A stretch of DNA of 64,000 nucleotides from Heptranchias perlo (taxonomy: Eukaryota): assembly GCF_035084215.1 (NCBI RefSeq), contig NC_090335.1:38192001-38256000 (forward strand). Reading direction: 5' to 3'. Position 1 is the first letter of the stretch; every line of letters begins with the position of its first letter. Position numbers and translations under genes: made by a program. A model generated the notes under the pieces. That model was not told the DNA's origin. It searched no databases and worked only from the letters and a program-made list of their open reading frames with translations. Positions 61,751 to 64,000 of the stretch are shown here, one piece after another.

Positions 61751-64000
61751 CTTCACCTTAACTGTAATTCCCTCTCCTCCACAAAAGGAGAAGTAGCCTG
61801 CCTGCATTCACTGGGATGAATGATCACTTGGGCAAGGTACTGGAGAGCAGCCAGCACACACTGAACCAGGCACAGTATGAATGGTGTAATCACATCTGCT
61901 GACTTAACACTACTGTTAGGCATGCCCCAGTATGAATTGTTAGATGCATCATAACTAATGCCTGAAATATATGAGTCTTGAATTCTACCCACTTGCATGG
62001 ATAGAGTATATAATGCTGGAATCTGTCTCAAGCTCGTCTGAGGGCATCGGTTCAGGAATTCAGAAACAACGAGAGAGCGGGAAGGCAATGAGAGTACTGA
62101 ACAGGAACACAAGAAGCTAATTCAAAATGAGCAAAATCAGCAAGGTGCATTCTCCTGTAAGAAATAATTGGAGAAAACCAGATCATAGTAATATTAGCAA
62201 TGGTATAAACCTAGACCTAAAAACAAAGAGAATTTAGGTGATATGCTAAAAGAGACTTTGTCAGTCAAAGCTTTGGGTTTTTATATGTTAATAAAATAGA
62301 AACTTTAGGCTGAATGTCTTTGTTTTGCAGCTGAATGTGTTAAATGAATGATGATATGAGCTGCTTAGATTTGATCTAGATTCCATGGTAGATGATTTGC
62401 TTGTTCCACGTAACAGGCTCTGAACGTCTCACCTTGCATTGCTGGAGTATCGTGCTCCAAATTCTTTTCAAGGCTTTAGGCATTAGTAGTCAGAGCATCC
62501 ATTTTATAACGTACTTAATCTGTTGATCAATCTTCACCACCATCCCACAATAATATTTGTCTCATTGTTCATACGGAGCACTCAGAGTAGACAGAGACAA
62601 ATTGCATAATTCATTATTTAAAGACCACCTTACATTTTTCTAAAAATTTGCCTTTCCTTTCATTTTTAATGTCAACTACAATATTATTTTATTCCGGCAA
62701 AAAGGGCAACGCTTTTTAGCCGTATCGAGTCCTATGAATCAGTACAATTCATGAAGCCAAACCACATTGATTGCTGATGTATTAAGCTGTAACTGGAAGA
62801 GTAAAATATTCTTTAAGAACAGCTGGAAGGTTCTGCGAAATGCAGGGCATATTTTCCATTGTCACTCAAATGGCTAATTTCAATTCATCAGTTACAAAAT
62901 GTATAATTCATTTAAATAGTAAATCATTGTTAGAGAAAGTTTTTGTGTGAACTCAGTTCCTGCTAATGATAAGCAGCAGCCTTTTCTGAAGATGTTGCTG
63001 CCATGTTAGCCATAATAACATTCATGTTGTAGCAGAGGCATAATGAAGATGCATCAGGCACAATGAGGTCATTGCATTACTCGTTTCTACATCCTCCTCT
63101 ATATAACAAAAAACGTAATAGCATGTCTTGCAAAAATATTGCTATGGTGATAACCTTCTTATTTCTTGGTAGATTAATTATTGCATTTGGGTAAATTCTT
63201 TTGAATAGAATGAGAATAGGACAGTTTCTATAATGGGCAGGCGTTCCGCTCTGTCACATGACTGCTCATGCATGAAGATAAAAGTCTACCCCACTGTGGT
63301 TAGGTCTTCTTGGCTGATCAAGTTTCATGGTCTAACGCCAATGGTTGGTTATTTATTAACTGTTTGACAGAATTTCCTTTTCCCCCAAGAAATTTAACAT
63401 AAGGAGATCTTGCTTGGAAAGTAGAAAATAATCTTCAGTGTCAAAATACATCTAAAGATGATGTAGAAGTTTTCCAGCATCTGATTAATGCTTTGTGTTG
63501 AATTTTTTGTCGAGGATAATCTGACAAAGTATCAAAATCCTTCTACATGCATGATGTCTATTTTATTTCAGAATCAGTCTGTACATTGGAATAAGTCCCA
63601 TCTATACCATGACGTAGATGTATTTTAGGGAATAAGACCAGTTAACTATTTTGTGCAAAAACATTCGTTACTCTTCATTTATTAGTATCTACATACAAAA
63701 AGAATAATTTGTTCTCTTCATAAGGAAAGGTTTCCTAGGACCATTGTAGAATTTGGCACCTTGCCCACCCAGTGACCTGCCTTGTATACAGGACCTTTTT
63801 CTGGTCACACCCTCAATTCTCTTTCTTTTGGCAATGGCAGAAATCCTGGCTGTTGGTATTGGTCAGTGTACCAGAAAAGTTTCATTCATATACTAGTTCT
63901 TAAATTATTTCCTTTGAGTAATAAAATGGTCCTATCATCCATCATCTAACTGGGCCTCGAGATTTCAGATATATCTCTTGTCAAGTAAGATTCCATCATA

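Overview
This is eukaryotic (vertebrate) non-coding DNA, not prokaryotic. The repeat set (CR1 LINEs with short tandem 3' tails, L2, Tx1/L1-type, Penelope-like GIY-YIG elements, Gypsy relics, PIF/Harbinger elements and MITEs, tRNA-derived SINEs) suggests an intergenic or deep-intronic region of a cartilaginous fish; this is inference from remembered family sequences, not a database result. I can support no intact host gene, rRNA, tRNA or CRISPR array, and nearly all long ORFs are transposon remnants or stop-free readings of a C-rich tandem repeat. Main structures: (1) a ~7.5 kb composite at 31.3-38.8 kb, with 69 in-register copies of a 19-bp unit followed by an older degenerate CCCAATCGCT satellite, split by a CR1 that is itself hit twice in antisense by one younger CR1 subfamily, and ending in a Harbinger-type TIR; (2) Penelope-like insertions with inverted arms, 14-bp TSDs and minimal hammerhead ribozyme motifs, one intact within a perfect 75-bp palindrome at 59.6-59.8 kb; (3) a 2049-bp Harbinger deletion derivative with convergent transposase and Myb/SANT fragments, inserted in a CR1; (4) a CR1 keeping ORF1 and the endonuclease but lacking the RT core; (5) a decayed Gypsy provirus with both LTRs; (6) an LF-SINE-like element. 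I found no convincing new biological system: the RT-inside-an-array layout is best explained by nested retrotransposition.
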